A stretch of 63,968 nt of DNA, the filler included, from Choristocarpus tenellus KU-1152 (Eukaryota; Protista; Phaeophyceae): the NCBI GenBank assembly GCA_964200185.2. It is 11 parts of 11 records of this genome, joined end to end, with 100 filler letters (N's around TTAATTAATTAA, not from the genome) between each part and the next. Parts side by side here need not be neighbours in the genome. Positions count along the whole stretch, not along the records: positions 37,409 to 42,885 come from CAXNAD020010658.1; positions 42,986 to 52,023 come from CAXNAD020004055.1; 9 more parts are not named here. One strand, 5' to 3'. Below, piece by piece: positions 37,409 through 51,015 of this stretch (within the stretch, counting starts at the first letter, position 1; every line of letters begins with the position of its first letter). A program made the position numbers and the translations under genes. The notes beneath the pieces are model-generated. The model was not told the origin of the DNA. It saw only the letters and a program-made list of their open reading frames with translations, and did no database searches.

Positions 37409-40400
37409 CTACCCCTGCTGTATCAAACTCCTCATCCTCCCCTGCTCCACCTCTACCCCCCTGACCCACCCCCGGAGAGTCCCCCTCCTTGGCCCTGAGC
37501 AGCACAGCAAACACCCGATGGTCCCATCGATACGCCTTCCTGCACAGTTCGCTTTCCCAATCATCAGCCCCCGCCAGCATTGCAGACTCTGTATTAACAC
37601 CCTTTCTCCCTTCCCCAAACCTCTCCCCCCTACCAACAGTACCCGCCCCATCTGTCCCAGTCCCCATCCCTGTTGCCTCAGATGTAATTCCTACAATAGG
37701 ACCCCCTCCTCCACCCACTGGCTCGGCATCTGGAACTGCTGCCATAGCTCCACCCACCGCCCCAGTACCCAACTCACGCACCCAGGGGCTGCGCCCATCT
37801 GTGAGGATAATGACAGCTCCAGGCTCCAAGAGGTTCGGATCTCGGCCTTGTCCCCTGAGAGGCATGATCAGATATGACCCCCAGTGTAACCACAGTCCAG
37901 AGTGCCACAGAGTGCCACAGAGAGCAAAAATGTCCCAAGCACAACATGGAGAGTATTGGATCGTCATGGAGCGCCACAGAGTCACACAGAACAGTAAAAA
38001 AACATGTCAGTGAGGTGAGTCGGGATATATCGAAAGTTGCTGAAAACCTACTGAACATGGTGTTGAATAAACCTATTGAACATGGTGTTGAATAAACCTA
38101 TTGAACATGGTGTTGAATAAACCTATTGAACTTGGTGTTGAATAAACCTATTGAACTTGGTGTTGAATAAACCTATTGAACATGGTGTTGAATAAACCTA
38201 TTGAACATGGTGTTGAATAAACCTATTGAACTTGGTGTTGAATAAACCTACTGAACATGGTGTTGAATAAACCTATTGAACATGGTGTTGAATAAACCTA
38301 TTGAACTTGGTGTTGAATAAACCTATTGAACATGGTGTTGAATAAACCTATTGAACTTGGTGTTGAATAAACCTACTGAACATGGTGTTGAATAAACCTA
38401 TTGAACATGGTGTTGAATAAACCTATTGAACATGGTGTTGAATAAACCTATTGAACTTGGTGTTGAATAAACCTATTGAACATGGTGTTCAATAAACCTA
38501 TTGAACATGGTGTTCAATAAACCTATTGAACTTGGTGTTCAATATCCATGTGCACGTCTGTAGGATAAGGGTGAGGGGTGGTTCGGGTGTGGGGTACCCT
38601 GTGCAAATCCCATAGTCAGGGTTCTCACAAACAAACTTCCGTAGTAAGCAAAAATAACATGCGCCCTAGTCTGGACGCTCTAGTTACTGCCACAATCCCT
38701 CAAAAATATCCCAAACCATCCCATAAAGGCAACAGCATTATGCCTGACATTGCCAAGAAGGGTCAGGGTTGCTGAACAGGATCAGAGTCAAAACACAACA
38801 CCACCAGCAGCAGGAATGATATCAATCGTGTACAGTACACCCGAGGCAAACGCTGAATCTTTCAAGAGGTGATTCAAAGAGGGGTACACCCCCGCACATT
38901 TGGAACAAACAGGGCAAAAGAGTAGGGCCATGGGTTTTTTTCCACCCGTCTCTCCCTTCAGCACGGAGATCTCGTCCATTGTTGTTTCGGAAGCTCTCGT
39001 CGACATCCTTCGTTTGTTTTAGGGGTTTTTTGTTTGTTTGTTTTTATTACGTGTCACGGATCGAACTGTGATCATACTGTTTCTAACCTCCTACCATGGA
39101 GAAGAAGTGCGGAAAGTTCCGCGAAAGATCCAAGATATCTGTCTGTCAAAACCGGGAAGGGTGAAAACGAACACACATCACCTCTACTCTCCGCCCACGG
39201 ACCACTTTCCCGTCATCTCGAGACCTAGTAGAGGGGCTGGGTCACCCCCCTTTCCACCCTCACCACAAGAGATTAATGAAGTCGTGAGATGGTCATGACA
39301 AAAGAGACCTCAAAGTCTACGCACTTCACCGACAAAGTTTCAAGTTGCTCTGTGTGTCAGGTCCACGTGGTGTCGAAAAGGAAACTATCAAAGGCAAGGT
39401 GTCGATGACTGACTCGGTCACTGTCGAGAACTGCCTGCTCTGCCGAGCATTGAGGATAGCCATATGCACCCCTCGTACGGTGGTGTTCTGTGGGGGGTCT
39501 CGGGTGTCGCACACTCCATCCCCCAAGCTCAATGAAGCCCATGAGACTGGAATAGAGTGAGGATAGCAAGCTTAGCGAGCCAAAGTTGTCAGGTGACAGT
39601 TAGGTTGACAGAGCAGATAAGGGTCTGCTACTGAACCTCGACTGCTACAAACATCTTCCCACCTACGTAGATGGAAACCCCTACTGACGTAGGATGTATA
39701 TCAAACATGCTGTTCGCTGGCTCCTTCTCCTCGACAGCATCTCCTCACAACTCTCTCACTCTTTCAACCATCACTGCAGGATACTTCAAAACTAATGTGC
39801 GACAATCAATTGATTGATTGATTCGGGGCATCCACATTATCCACATTACTTATGATGTCACCCACTCGACCAATATCAAAGCATCCACACCAATAACCAG
39901 ACACCAAGGCGATGAATCAACCTTAAACCTCCAACCTGCAAGCCTAAGTAGGGAACAACAGGCGGAAGGAGTGAAAGTATCTTAGAGGGTACGAATTTTG
40001 TCCTGTTCGTCCGTTTGGGGCTTGACTTCCCACGTTTTTTCTGAATGACATTTTCCTACTCCGAAATGTTTCAGAGTAGGTAAAAAATGTACATACGTTA
40101 TAAAAAGGTGTGTCCGCAACAAGGATATTGACACTTCCTAACAAACACCATAGCCAAAACTACATCAAAATCGCAACATTGGAACTTGGCCCCCAAAACG
40201 GACGCAGCTCTACCCTCTAAGATATAATTTGACTCAAGTGATTCAGCAGTGCTTTATAATTTCCTGACAGAATCATCGGTGGGAAACGGGGTGTGAGTGA
40301 GAACCCAAAGCCTCGTGTTTTCAAAAGAGGTACACATATTAATTTTGATTTATTTATTTTTTTATTTATTTTTTAAAAGAGGATGAAGAAGAAGAGAAGG

Positions 40401-42575
40401 AGAGGAAGAAAAGAAGACTAAGAGGAAGAAGAACAATAACAAAGGAGAAGAGGAAGAAGAAGGACAAGAAAGGAGAAAAGAACAATAACAAAGGAGAAAA
40501 GAAGAAGGACAAGAAAAAGAAAAAGAGGAAGAACAGGAAGAAGAAGAACGAGGAGAAAAGAAGAAGAACAAGGAGAAAAGAAGAAGAACGCAAATGCCGT
40601 GAGTATAAACTATTTCAAGCGATGTGTGATGCATACCCTACCATCTTTCACATTGACCGCTCACAAATTCCACGTAAGGCCGGTCGTTCTTGTGACTCAG
40701 TAATCAAGGTCACGACCACCTGCATAAAATTCAGCAGGCTCGAACCCTTCCGATGCCAGACTTCATATCTGGAAAAGAGGTGCATTTGCACCATATCAAA
40801 CCGTGCTATACTGTATCCACAATAGTGCACTGTACTGTACTACTGTCATACGCTGTGTTTTACTATTCCAGAGCATATTGGAACAGCTACACTGTGATCA
40901 TACCACAACTCACTATGATAATGCTTCCCTAGCTCCTCACCCTGGGGTGCAGGACTAAGCTAGGTTGAAGGCACAAGAGGGCGGTAGCGTAGCATACCTG
41001 ATAGTAAAATAGTAAATAGATCATAGAAAAATGTCTTTCACATTTACAACAACTGTTACGTTTTTAGGGGTTGTTCTGACATTTGAATGGTTTTTCCCCT
41101 GACACGTCTCCAAAATGTCAGAGGCCATATAATATTTCTAAGATATACAATGATCTGCATCATACCATATCGAACAGTACTGCGTTTCAACATAAGGCTG
41201 CACTAATACTTTCCCTGTTCAGCATCACAGAATTGAACACTACTCCAAAGTGTTTTCAGAACCATAATATGCATTTGAGTAAAATGGTGACATCAACCTT
41301 GTGCTCCACCCTGTAGACAGGACAGAATATTGTCATCATTGAGGTGATGTAATACTCCTGACTGCCCTCGCAGATCAAGAAACACCCCATGCCATACACA
41401 AAATCATCCAAGCAGTAGAACCTCTTGGAGCCTCCAAGTCCCTCAGGAACCAACCATGTCAAGAACCTCAGTCTGTGTATCCTTGCACTCATCAGCAAGA
41501 AAAAGCTCGTTGAGCACATCATACAGACAAGCTTTTTCCCGTGTCGTGCAGATTGCTCCACAGGATACCTAGCGGCAATGCCACAGCACGCTGGGTTGTT
41601 TATTTACTTCTAGGTTTCACTGTGCAGTCAGTCCTCTTCCAGGTCATCAATGTTACTACCCTCGTGGCCAGAATTTCTCTATTGCCTTGAATCTGCATTG
41701 GAATCCACAAACACCAGTATCCTCTTATGCCTTGTAGCTCTTCCAAAGCTTTCCGATTCTCCACGGATCTGTAAAAAAAAATACCCCAGCAACTCTAAAT
41801 CGTTTTGAAGCAACTCCACTTTTTTTTTCTTCTTTCAGCCAGCGTCAGTTTCTTTCTTTTCATAATGTTGGAAATATTTATTTTTTACTAATGTGCGTAT
41901 GCCTAACAGATGATTCGGAACACCTCTGAATGTTTCAAATAATAGAGACCTTGGTTTGTCTCTCCTTGGTGCCCTCTGCTCTCTCCAAGTCAACAATGGC
42001 ACTTGAATGTGATACTTGGACTCCCAACTAGGGCTCAGCTAATCATTGATTGCACTCTTCAGATGATGAAATCAGCTTGATCAAATTTACCAGACAAGCT
42101 ATGCGACAAAATTATCCCAATATTATGGCAATACCTAACACAGAAAGCATACCCTTTTGCAAAAGGGCACGATGTCTTCTACCTTACTGAACCAAACCGT
42201 ACTACACTATTCTATATTTTACTGTGCTGTAGGTTATTTGAAAGGGTTACATAATCACACAAATCATTCACCAAGAGCCATTTCCTACCAACAATGCAGA
42301 GTTGCAGTTCCATCTATATCATCACAACGTCCCAAAGACCATAGACTATCTTCATGCAGGCAGTGTCTACAATCAGCCAAAGAAACAAAACTCAGCACCC
42401 CCCAACCAAACACCCCCCCTCTGATTTCCATTGACCCTGTGGCAATCTAGTTTCTCACCATGTGTCCACCTGGGTCTTCCAACGTGATTGTCGTATCAGC
42501 TGCAACGCCTTTCCAAGACTAGGAGACAAGGGATTGCAACCGCTTGCCACCAAGTTCTTCAGCTCCTTCTCAAAC
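37409..42575 (-). CDS. INTS6: Integrator complex subunit 6 (vWA region), partial (exons 42575-42459, 37854-<37409)
   Basis: FEKELKNL.A.G...L...L..ALQLI...R...VDTW|GQGRDPNLLEPGAVIILTDG...ELCRKAYRWDHRVFAVLL matches INTS6 (ELKNL, GQGRNPFFLEP, TDG, EPFRWDQRLFALVL); the phase-2 junction is consistent. Confidence 0.88.
38044..38544. repeat. 25-bp minisatellite, 20 copies, in INTS6 intron
   Basis: AAACCTA(T/C)TGAAC(A/T)TGGTGTT(G/C)AAT head-to-tail, no spacers. Confidence 0.97.
39969..40235. mobile_element. MITE family B (INTS6 intron)
   Basis: GAGTGAAAGTATCTTAGAGGGTA...TACCCTCTAAGATA..TTTGACTC. Confidence 0.88.
40378..40590. repeat. Polypurine GAA-rich low-complexity tract
   Basis: Degenerate (GAA)n with duplicated aagaacaataacaaaggagaa. 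Confidence 0.85.
40933..41135 (+). mobile_element. Family C copy
   Basis: ctcaccctggggtgcagga...cctgacacgtctccaaaatgtcagaggccatataat, colinear with 9789. Confidence 0.7.
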
Positions 42576-43127
42576 CTGCCTCGATTTCAGTGGGCGCCAC
42601 ATTAGATTGAACGCAGTAGAGTCAACACCAGAGTATAGGGTAGAGAGAAGAGGAGGGGTGGAGTTAGGTAAGACGAAAAATCGGTTTTTAGGGCTCTGAA
42701 GTGATGCATGCATCTTTCATCATAGCCTCTTCAAATAAACGACTATGGCATGGGTGCCTTGAAGCAGAGGCCATGTCGTCCAAATCAGTCTCTTGGTGTG
42801 TGCCTCTTACAACAGTGAATGCCCTCATGGGTGCGTTCTTGTACGCATACACATATGCACACCTTATATGGTCTGGGGGAGGGGGNNNNNNNNNNNNNNN
42901 NNNNNNNNNNNNNNNNNNNNNNNNNNNNNTTAATTAATTAANNNNNNNNNNNNNNNNNNNNNNNNNNNNNNNNNNNNNNNNNNNNCTTGCCTGTCTCGTG
43001 TGCCGTCGTCGCCTTCCTCCATCACCTCCACAACCCCATCCCCTCCTCCTACATCTGTCACATTATTAATAATAGTAGTATAATACATAACTATAGTAAG
43101 TGTTTCTAACATGTGAATAGTTCTCAT

Positions 43128-43335
43128 ATTATTATTATGCCCTCTGACATTTTGCAGATAGATGTGTGAGGGGGGAAACCAATGAAAACTATACAAATAA
43201 ATGTCAGTATAAGCCCTAAAGAAATAAAGTATGTCACAACTGTGAAAAACACTATCTATTTGTCATTTCACTACTATGTTGTGCCACTGCCTTCCTGTGC
43301 CTCTAATCTACCTATTCCTGTACCCCAGCAAAGGA
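43128..43335 (-). mobile_element. Family C copy
   Basis: attattatgccctctgacattttgcaga...cctattcctgtacccca. Confidence 0.7.
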
Positions 43336-43519
43336 TCCAACGAACTCCTCCGTGCCCATTTCCCTGGCGACTCCAGCTAAAAACGCATGGCATGTCTAGA
43401 CAGTGCCACGTGCGTAGTTGCTGAGACAATTTCGCGTAGCCGGGATTTAACCACTCCTTTCATGCTTTATCCTCCAGTTCCTCTCCCCCCCACCATGTAT
43501 GTTTGTAGCCAGCTCATCC

Positions 43520-43579
43520 AGTTTTCATTGTTTTTTCCCCTGACAGACACATCACCAAAATATCAGAGGGCATAATATT
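43520..43579 (+). mobile_element. Family C short copy
   Basis: ttttcattg..cccctgaca..caaaatatcagagggcataat. Confidence 0.6.
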
Positions 43580-44847
43580 GAAATAGTAAGTGTTCAAACT
43601 CCCAAAATTGTACAAGGAACACCATACATAAAGCGTTGAGCCAAGTACCTGTCAATCGGTTTATCTACCACTTCAACTTCAATCTTCTTGTGACCCTCTT
43701 CTTCACGCCTTCCTTCACATCTGTACAATAATCTCTCCATTTCTGTTCGTATCTGATTTTGATATTTGTGACTCCTTGTGATTAGTTCTATATTTTCTAC
43801 TTGTATTGATGTAGGGTATATATATATATATACGACGATTTCTACAATGTGGAGTACTTACTACCCCACGATAATAATATCTCAGTAGAGGATTAGTAGT
43901 GTCATCGGCCAATTCATATATCACACATCTTGGAGTATGATGGACATTTTCTAGATCTGTTAAGAAGGAAAAGACAAATTCTAGGCACTACGAAGACTGA
44001 TAACTTCAACAAAAATCGTTAGTCGAAAAAATAAAACAGTGTGATAATCAATCAATTGTGTAATCGATCGATCAATCTCATATATGCACAGTAAAAATTG
44101 TGTTCTGTCAATCTCACATCTCAGAATTTTTTTCACTCAACACTAAAGGTTTCTTGATCTTCTACATATAAAATAGTAGTATTGAATCAAGATATGATAA
44201 TAATAAAAAACCTATGGTATTAAGTGTATAACATGTAACAGTGGTAGGAAGGAGGATGAAACATGCGAAAGGTTTGATACAATTTTTTTTATCTTCCACC
44301 ACAATGAATGGGAATTAATGGGACTTAATTCTCCTTTCAGATCGATATTAGACCTAGTAACATTTGTCATGTGTCCTCTCCTCCCCTCTTGACAACATTA
44401 ATATGATGGATGTCCTGTTACGGTTTGGTGGTTCAATAGTTCGCAGGAAGGGTGTTCACAAAACGGATTTGTTGGGGGCTAAAACGACCCACTCCACACA
44501 CGACTCCTTTCTCATATTAGGTTTCGATTATCCAATGAAGTCCGCGTGGTAAATACTGCTCCGATAGTTGTGCACTACTTGATATAAAATCCTATGTATG
44601 TCCCTAACCACATCCCCAAATCACGAAGTGGGAATATTTCGTTGTGATGAGATTTGAGGACAATATTTGACGGGGGGAAAGGATTGATGATGAGGGGGGG
44701 AATGGGTGAGGATGACTGTACACAACACAGTAGGTCTGGGAACAAACTGAACCAACATCTATACTTGTGTCCAAGTTGATAGTGGTTGTAATATGTACCG
44801 TGAAGATAATCGTAACATCAATTTCAGTAGCACTAAAAATAATCCTT

Positions 44848-45010
44848 TAATTACTATGTCCTTTGACATTTTGTAGATGTGTAAGGGGAAAGAAAAGCCA
44901 ATTTAATATCGTAAGACCTCTATAAAAGAAACAGTTGTAATATATGTGAAAAGTATCTCTCTAAAATCTATTTACTATTTGACTGCAAGAGGCCACCACT
45001 GTTTTTGATG
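44848..45010 (-). mobile_element. Family C diverged copy
   Basis: ttactatgtcctttgacattttgtagatgtgtaagggg. Confidence 0.55.
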
Positions 45011-45690
45011 TTCCACTTTACACTATTTTCTTGAAGAGTTTCATTCCAACGGTATAAAGCTGGTGAGGTAGGTGGACTGGCTTCACACACACGCGGTAGG
45101 AAGCCTAGGAGCAACGCCACTTCATCACCCTCAAAAAAAATATTAACTCTTTTTTCGTGTAGGGTTTTATTTAGTTAATCTCAATAAAAAACTGTTTTTT
45201 CCAGTGATGAAGAAACAAGATATAAAACATAATATTTTACAAGGTATCAAATATGAGCATAGGAAAACAACGAAGAAGTTTCATGATATTTTCGAGGTGA
45301 CGTACGCCGACTTAATCCAGCACAAGATTCGCTGACCCAATGCAACAAAGCTCTTGAATCTTTACTTGTGAGTCTGTTTCCAGCTTCAACAGTGTAATCC
45401 ATAATCTATAGGATGCTTCCTCCCAGATCTTCCATGTGAAAGATAGATGCAAGAACAACTTACAATAGATCTTAGATGTCTAACCGTCTGACCTGCATCA
45501 GTAATCAATATTAGGTATTAGGGGATATTGCTTGAACGAATTTGCAGACCCAACCCATTTTCCCAGTTCCTTGCTGCCTTTAAGTCTTCCACTCCACACC
45601 CGACACAAACCCACTTACCTACAACCTCGCAACACAGGAGGAAGACCCCAACTCAATACGCCCTGGCAATTAGTTATTCCTGCTTTCCGC

Positions 45691-46383
45691 ATGGCGCCAG
45701 TGCATCTGTATCCCCCTGATTTTGAGGGCGAGATGATCGGTGACTGCAACATCAACTGTCCGCCCTCCCCTTGCTCTCCAGGACAACTCATGTTTAACAT
45801 CCCATCTACACCTATTCCGGTCCACAAAGATGGTTGGGATAACGTCTGCCGAGGGAAGGGACGAAGGGGATCCTTCTTCAGTTCGGATGAGACGGAGGAA
45901 AGTGATTCTAATTTGAGTTGGTCGATGGATTCCACACAACGCCACTCCGACGGCGATATTGGACTGTTCGATGACTTCTCGAACAAGGAAATAGACCGGC
46001 TTCATGAGGTAAGCATTCTTCTCCAGGCATATTGGGTACATAGGTATGCCTTGCCCTTGAGGTTGGTGAAATTTCGGTCGTGAGTGTTTCCTCCTCCCAG
46101 CCCCAGCCCTTGAGTATGGTTGCAGAAATGGCTGTTGATTCAAACATTATTGTGACTTTCACCCATCCTCTCCCTCGCCTCAACTTCCGCACAGGCCCAC
46201 TTCTTTAAGGCATGGACAATGTTCCAGAGAGTTATCTCCACCGACCCCTTGTCATCCTATGATGAATTTGCCGACAAAGACAGCGCACAGCAGTTATGCA
46301 TGACCTCACATAGAATAGGGAGAGAGCAAGATTCAGAGCCTTCCCCAGGCGGGAATGAACTAATCTTCGACCTGGAGATGTAA
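45691..46383 (+). CDS. Small two-exon disordered protein (168 aa; exons 45691-46008, 46195-46383) ending ELIFDLEM
   Basis: ATG...GAG|gtaagc and pyrimidine-rich cacag|GCC, both phase 0, open to TAA; Ser/Asp/Pro-rich. Confidence 0.65.
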
Positions 46384-47399
46384 AGAGCACAGACAAATTT
46401 GTTGTCAAAGATAGTCGTTTTGTGTTTATCGAGTGAGCATGTAGTGCTCTCTCGTGATTTGGCAGGTCGCAATGCCGTTGATTGTATTCAAACCGAATCT
46501 ACCCTCTGCGTGGAATCGGTACTCTAGCTATTCGGATTGCTAGAAGGGGACAGGGGGAAAGGTCGCACAATTGTGTCATTTGTTTGCTTGGTATCTGGAG
46601 GTTCCTTCGCTCGAACCAAGGATCGTTGATGTGGATGTTGCGGCTGATGTAGAGGTGGGGGTGCAGAACTTTTGTCTCCCATCATGTTTATGGTGTGTTG
46701 TCCCATCTACATGTGGTAGGATGCATATTTAAGTGTAGTTTCACATTACACTATTGTTGCCGTTTGTCGTTTGTTGGAAATATAACATATTGTCTTGACT
46801 TGTGTTCCTTTTTTGATCACCCCTTAGATGTTGTATGGAAGAAAGCAATGGATGGATGGGGTGTTGGTTGCCTCACCACAAACTTGATTTTGCCTATTTT
46901 GTACATAGTGGCACAAATGTTTACGTTGCAGTGCAGCTAGTCAGTTGCTCTTGAACAAAAGAAATATGATAGAGAGGGGCCTTTTAACTCGCATAATTCA
47001 TCTCCTACTAGAGAGAAGAAAGGGTGTTACGGCCCATAGCCAATTTGAATGAAAGATATCAAAATCGCAAACCCTATTTTTTGTAGACACCCCAGAAGAG
47101 GCAGAGTAACGGGTGGGGATTGCGTGTTTTCGGTGTACCACAAAAAGGTTTTTCCAAGGTTTCCTGTAAATGTTTTGTAAGGAGATGTTTTGATGCATAA
47201 AGCACCATTTATTTTTTCTCCAGCAGGACCAATTAATGTATTTACATACATAATTAAAAACACACATGATACCATATACTCTACACCACGATGTTCATTC
47301 ATCACCTGCAAAGGCCTCTGTTATGCATGAGGCTACTTCTAGCATTTCATGGAGGGACTTTAACAAATGCTCTCAATTCCAAATGTGCAGATCAGTGCT

Positions 47400-48300
47400 C
47401 ATAGTACATTTCTTTGATGGAAATGTATATTTTCCAAGACAATGCTTAAAGTTCATTCCCTCTATGGTGTATGCTGCCCAGAACATTTTCTCTGTGGCAG
47501 TGCTCATTTGCTTTGTTAAAATGTTGTGAGTTGCCCAGGTCAATCCTCCAAGTTCAATCCTGTAGGGGTCTCATGTTGTCCAGTTGAGGGCTGAAGTTGG
47601 ATTCTCTCTATAACGCAAATTGTCTAACACAGCGCTTAGACCTTATTTTCTAGAAGAACTCATGTTGTCCACAACAATACTTGAAGTCCAGTTGCTCTAT
47701 ATTATTCGCTGTCAAGGACAAAATGCTTTTTGTTTTGTTTTGTAACGTCTAGTACGAAAAAACTTGATAACAATTTGGGACAGTGTTTCTACCACATACG
47801 AAAAATATAGTATTGAGTGTCGGAGCCTCTCTGATTGTGACATGATGGCATGAGCAATTTTGGTAGATAAATACATATTATGTTGCATTGTGGTACTCCA
47901 ATGATGTTTTGCCATACATGAGGTGTAACACATCAACACTGAATGGTGACGGTGGCTATTGCGTGCAAGCAGCAGGAGATAATAAATGTCTCATCAAAAA
48001 GAACATTATGTGGATCATTGGGACATTATCCGGTAATAACTCATTGTTCAACCATCGAACCAAGTTTTGAAAAGTATGTATGCAGCTTTTTTATTGTCCA
48101 CGTAATGTCCATTTTCTGAATATCAATTGTGATGTACTTTGTTTCGGACAACAGTCTGAGTTCATTTCCTCTACCGCACATGTTGCTTATGACAACGCTC
48201 AAGAGACGTTTCTTTCAAAATGGATGTTGTCTGGGGCAATGCTCAGAGTCCTATTGCACTATGACGTCCTTTAGCCAGGATAGTATTTCACCCAATTTGC
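47400..48300 (-). mobile_element. Highly decayed IS630/Tc1-type transposase remnant
   Basis: VLFDET (about 47995), IVVDN (D codon 47669), IE..LTWA (E codon 47555; in frame, D-37-E spacing). Confidence 0.45.
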
Positions 48301-49339
48301 TCCATAATATTACTTGCTATCCACATAACCACTCGGAGTCCAACTCTGTATAGCGCTAGAATGTTCAAGTCAACCTGTGTTGTGCGGGCATAACAATGTC
48401 GAAGGTGTCCACCATTTCGAACACACACATATATTTCCTTCTACCTGATAAAGTAGAGAATATTAACCAATGTTCCCTATAATTAGAGGGTCCTGTCATA
48501 CTTTGTTCGATGAATTATTACTATCCTATAAATATTTGTTGTAATTTGTCGCTGTTGTAATGCCACCTTGTGCTGCGATACTGTACCAATTCTATGATAA
48601 AAGTAAAACAGAATAGGCAGGTTTCCTACTTCGTGCAAGGGTTAACGAACTCTTGTAAATATGAAGTACATACGACGTTGCCAACTAAGGATATACGCAG
48701 ATAGTACCCTGAACCTTTGACTGCTGTCACTGTTCAGAGCCAAAGTTAACCACAGGGTTACATTTAAGGATACTGACAGTCAAAATTTGGCTGCATATAG
48801 GGATTTTTTCAAATTCTGTCAATTTTTTTCCAACAATCAACGGAGAAGTCAACGCTTTCAACTAAGTTCTGCACTTCATCCATAGAAATAAGAGTGAACC
48901 ACAAAAGATAAAAAAAACAAAAACACTTTGAATCCAAAAAAGGAACAAACCTGGGTGCCTGTCGTTTCCTTTGGCTCTCAACTGTTGTACCCCAAGAAAT
49001 TAGATTCCGAAAAGAGCATTGGAAATAATGTTGCGAGAATATCCTTATCACCTCTACAAAATGCAGGAGTACTATATAGTAACAAGTCGCCCTTTGGAGT
49101 GCTAAAAGGATACACGTACAGGAAGGCAGTCACAGGGGCCTCAATTACTCAATACACCTCCCTCTAAGATAGAATGACTAAAAGGGAGTATCTATCAACT
49201 CTTCGCCATAGAGCGGCAACCTTAAAGGTAGGAACCACTACGAATTGCAAACCAGGTGATCTAACGGAAATTTTTTAATGACTGTACTAAGTAAGAGGGT
49301 CTTGGATGTAAATAACAGTCACTCACACTGTGGTTGATG

Positions 49340-49620
49340 CCCTGCATACTACCTTCAGGGATATTGCGCAACAATTAGAGTTTTCTACTTCATTTCGGCC
49401 ATTAAGAAAATCTAGGGGGGAAAGCTCTAGTCTCTGGAACGGCACTCTCTTCGGACCTCAGAAACCCCAGACCCCCCCCCATTTATTATTTGCCGAGGCA
49501 ATGAATGCATTCTCAAAGTACAAAGAGTCTTCCTCTGTTAACAATAATCTGAAAAGAAACGGGTGAAAGTTCGGAAAAATATCGGCCAAGTAATTTGAAT
49601 ATTGGACCGTAACAGTACCA
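49340..49620 (-). mobile_element. Possible mariner-type transposase remnant
   Basis: VPFQRLELSPLDF resembles WPPRSPDLSPLDF; only this one motif. Confidence 0.3.
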
Positions 49621-50954
49621 ATTATACATGAATACTACAAAGAAAGCGTTGGTATCCCATCGCTCCTGATGTCAGTCGACGAGTGCAATAATACCCCTCA
49701 AAACCAGCATTTGCCCCTCTCATGAAAAAGACCGTGCTGGTTGTAGCACGGTATAAGCGTGGATACTCCTCAAATACACTACGGTAGAATGTTGATGAAC
49801 AAACTCAGATAGGAGTTTTTTGTCAAGTTTTGCGAGTTGAAAGTTGCAACGTTTGAGATGGGGTTACCCATTAAAAGAATAATAATAGTACCAAACTGTG
49901 CTCTACATTCCTCCACAGAAAACAATGGTCAAATAGTTTCAATTTTTTATTGATTGTATCCTTGGTTCAAATGTTTCATGCACCTTCGGTACAAGATCAA
50001 GTGTGGGTCTTGCTTCCGCCCAACCCACATATATTCGTGTTGACTGGCACCTTGAGGAAACACCTCTTGAAACCTAGCATGTTGATGCTCATCATTTTCG
50101 AGTTTATTTCACCATTTGCCAATCCCTCTCCTCAAAAGCCAAGAGGTGGACTACTATCCGGCACTAGTACCACCTCTCCAGAGATATTTTGTAGCGAGAT
50201 CGAGTCTGTAATCAAAGTGACTCTTCTTTTTAAAGTAATTATCTTGGGTCTCAGCATGGTTTTTGTGCTCTGCTATGGTTCTAAGATAGGTAGTGCAAAC
50301 ATGAGAACTTGGCAGAAAAAGTAGCAACTACACCAATAGAACAACCTATGTCGCATAGAGAGTCAAGAGGATGCTTCCCCCCTGGAAATCTTCTTAACCT
50401 CTAGCAATACTATGTGAATGTGTAAATCACAGCACGAAGTCACACACGCTAGTGCATATGGCGGAAGCAACATCATACTCTCCTTGTGTTGGGGCAAAAA
50501 TGCTTCACCTGGAAGTAAGGGACTTGGACAGAGAGAGTCCTACTCCTGGTATCCTCATGCTAAAAATGTATATTATTTCATATGCACTTTAGTCTGGGAC
50601 CAGGGACCTCACACAACTCTCCTTAGCCCAGACAGGTGTGACCAGAAGAACTAAACAATAAACCACTTCTCATCATCTATGAACCAACTGTTGCACTATC
50701 ACTAATTGCACCAGCACCTGCATGCTTTGCTTTTCCTTGCATTATGGGTTCAGCCATTCCACCACGAATTCCTTTGCCTCCTCCCTCAAATCTAATCCAA
50801 TACTCAACTGCCCACAACGAAGCCTTGTCACCACAATAAAACTTTTCCCAATTTATTGCGGTTAGCAACAAGACAGGATATTTTACAGATGCACAGTCTG
50901 TTGTGCATTACATGTTTTCCATCAAAACCAGATTTTCCTGGAAAAAAAACTGAC

Positions 50955-51015
50955 AGCACTGGGTTCAAACCCACACCTTTGGCAAGATGGCAGTGCCTAA
51001 CCACTGAGATATGAG
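50955..51015 (-). mobile_element. tRNA-derived SINE head or tRNA pseudogene
   Basis: Minus strand TATCTCAGTGGTTAG (A-box-like) ... GGGTTTGAACCC (B-box-like); no full cloverleaf. Confidence 0.4.

Noticed and set aside
38044-38544. CRISPR array
   Set aside because: Repeats are contiguous with no spacers, lie in a eukaryotic intron, and no cas genes are present.
40362-40634. Hydrophobic or Ser-rich ORFs
   Set aside because: Translation of a polypurine microsatellite.
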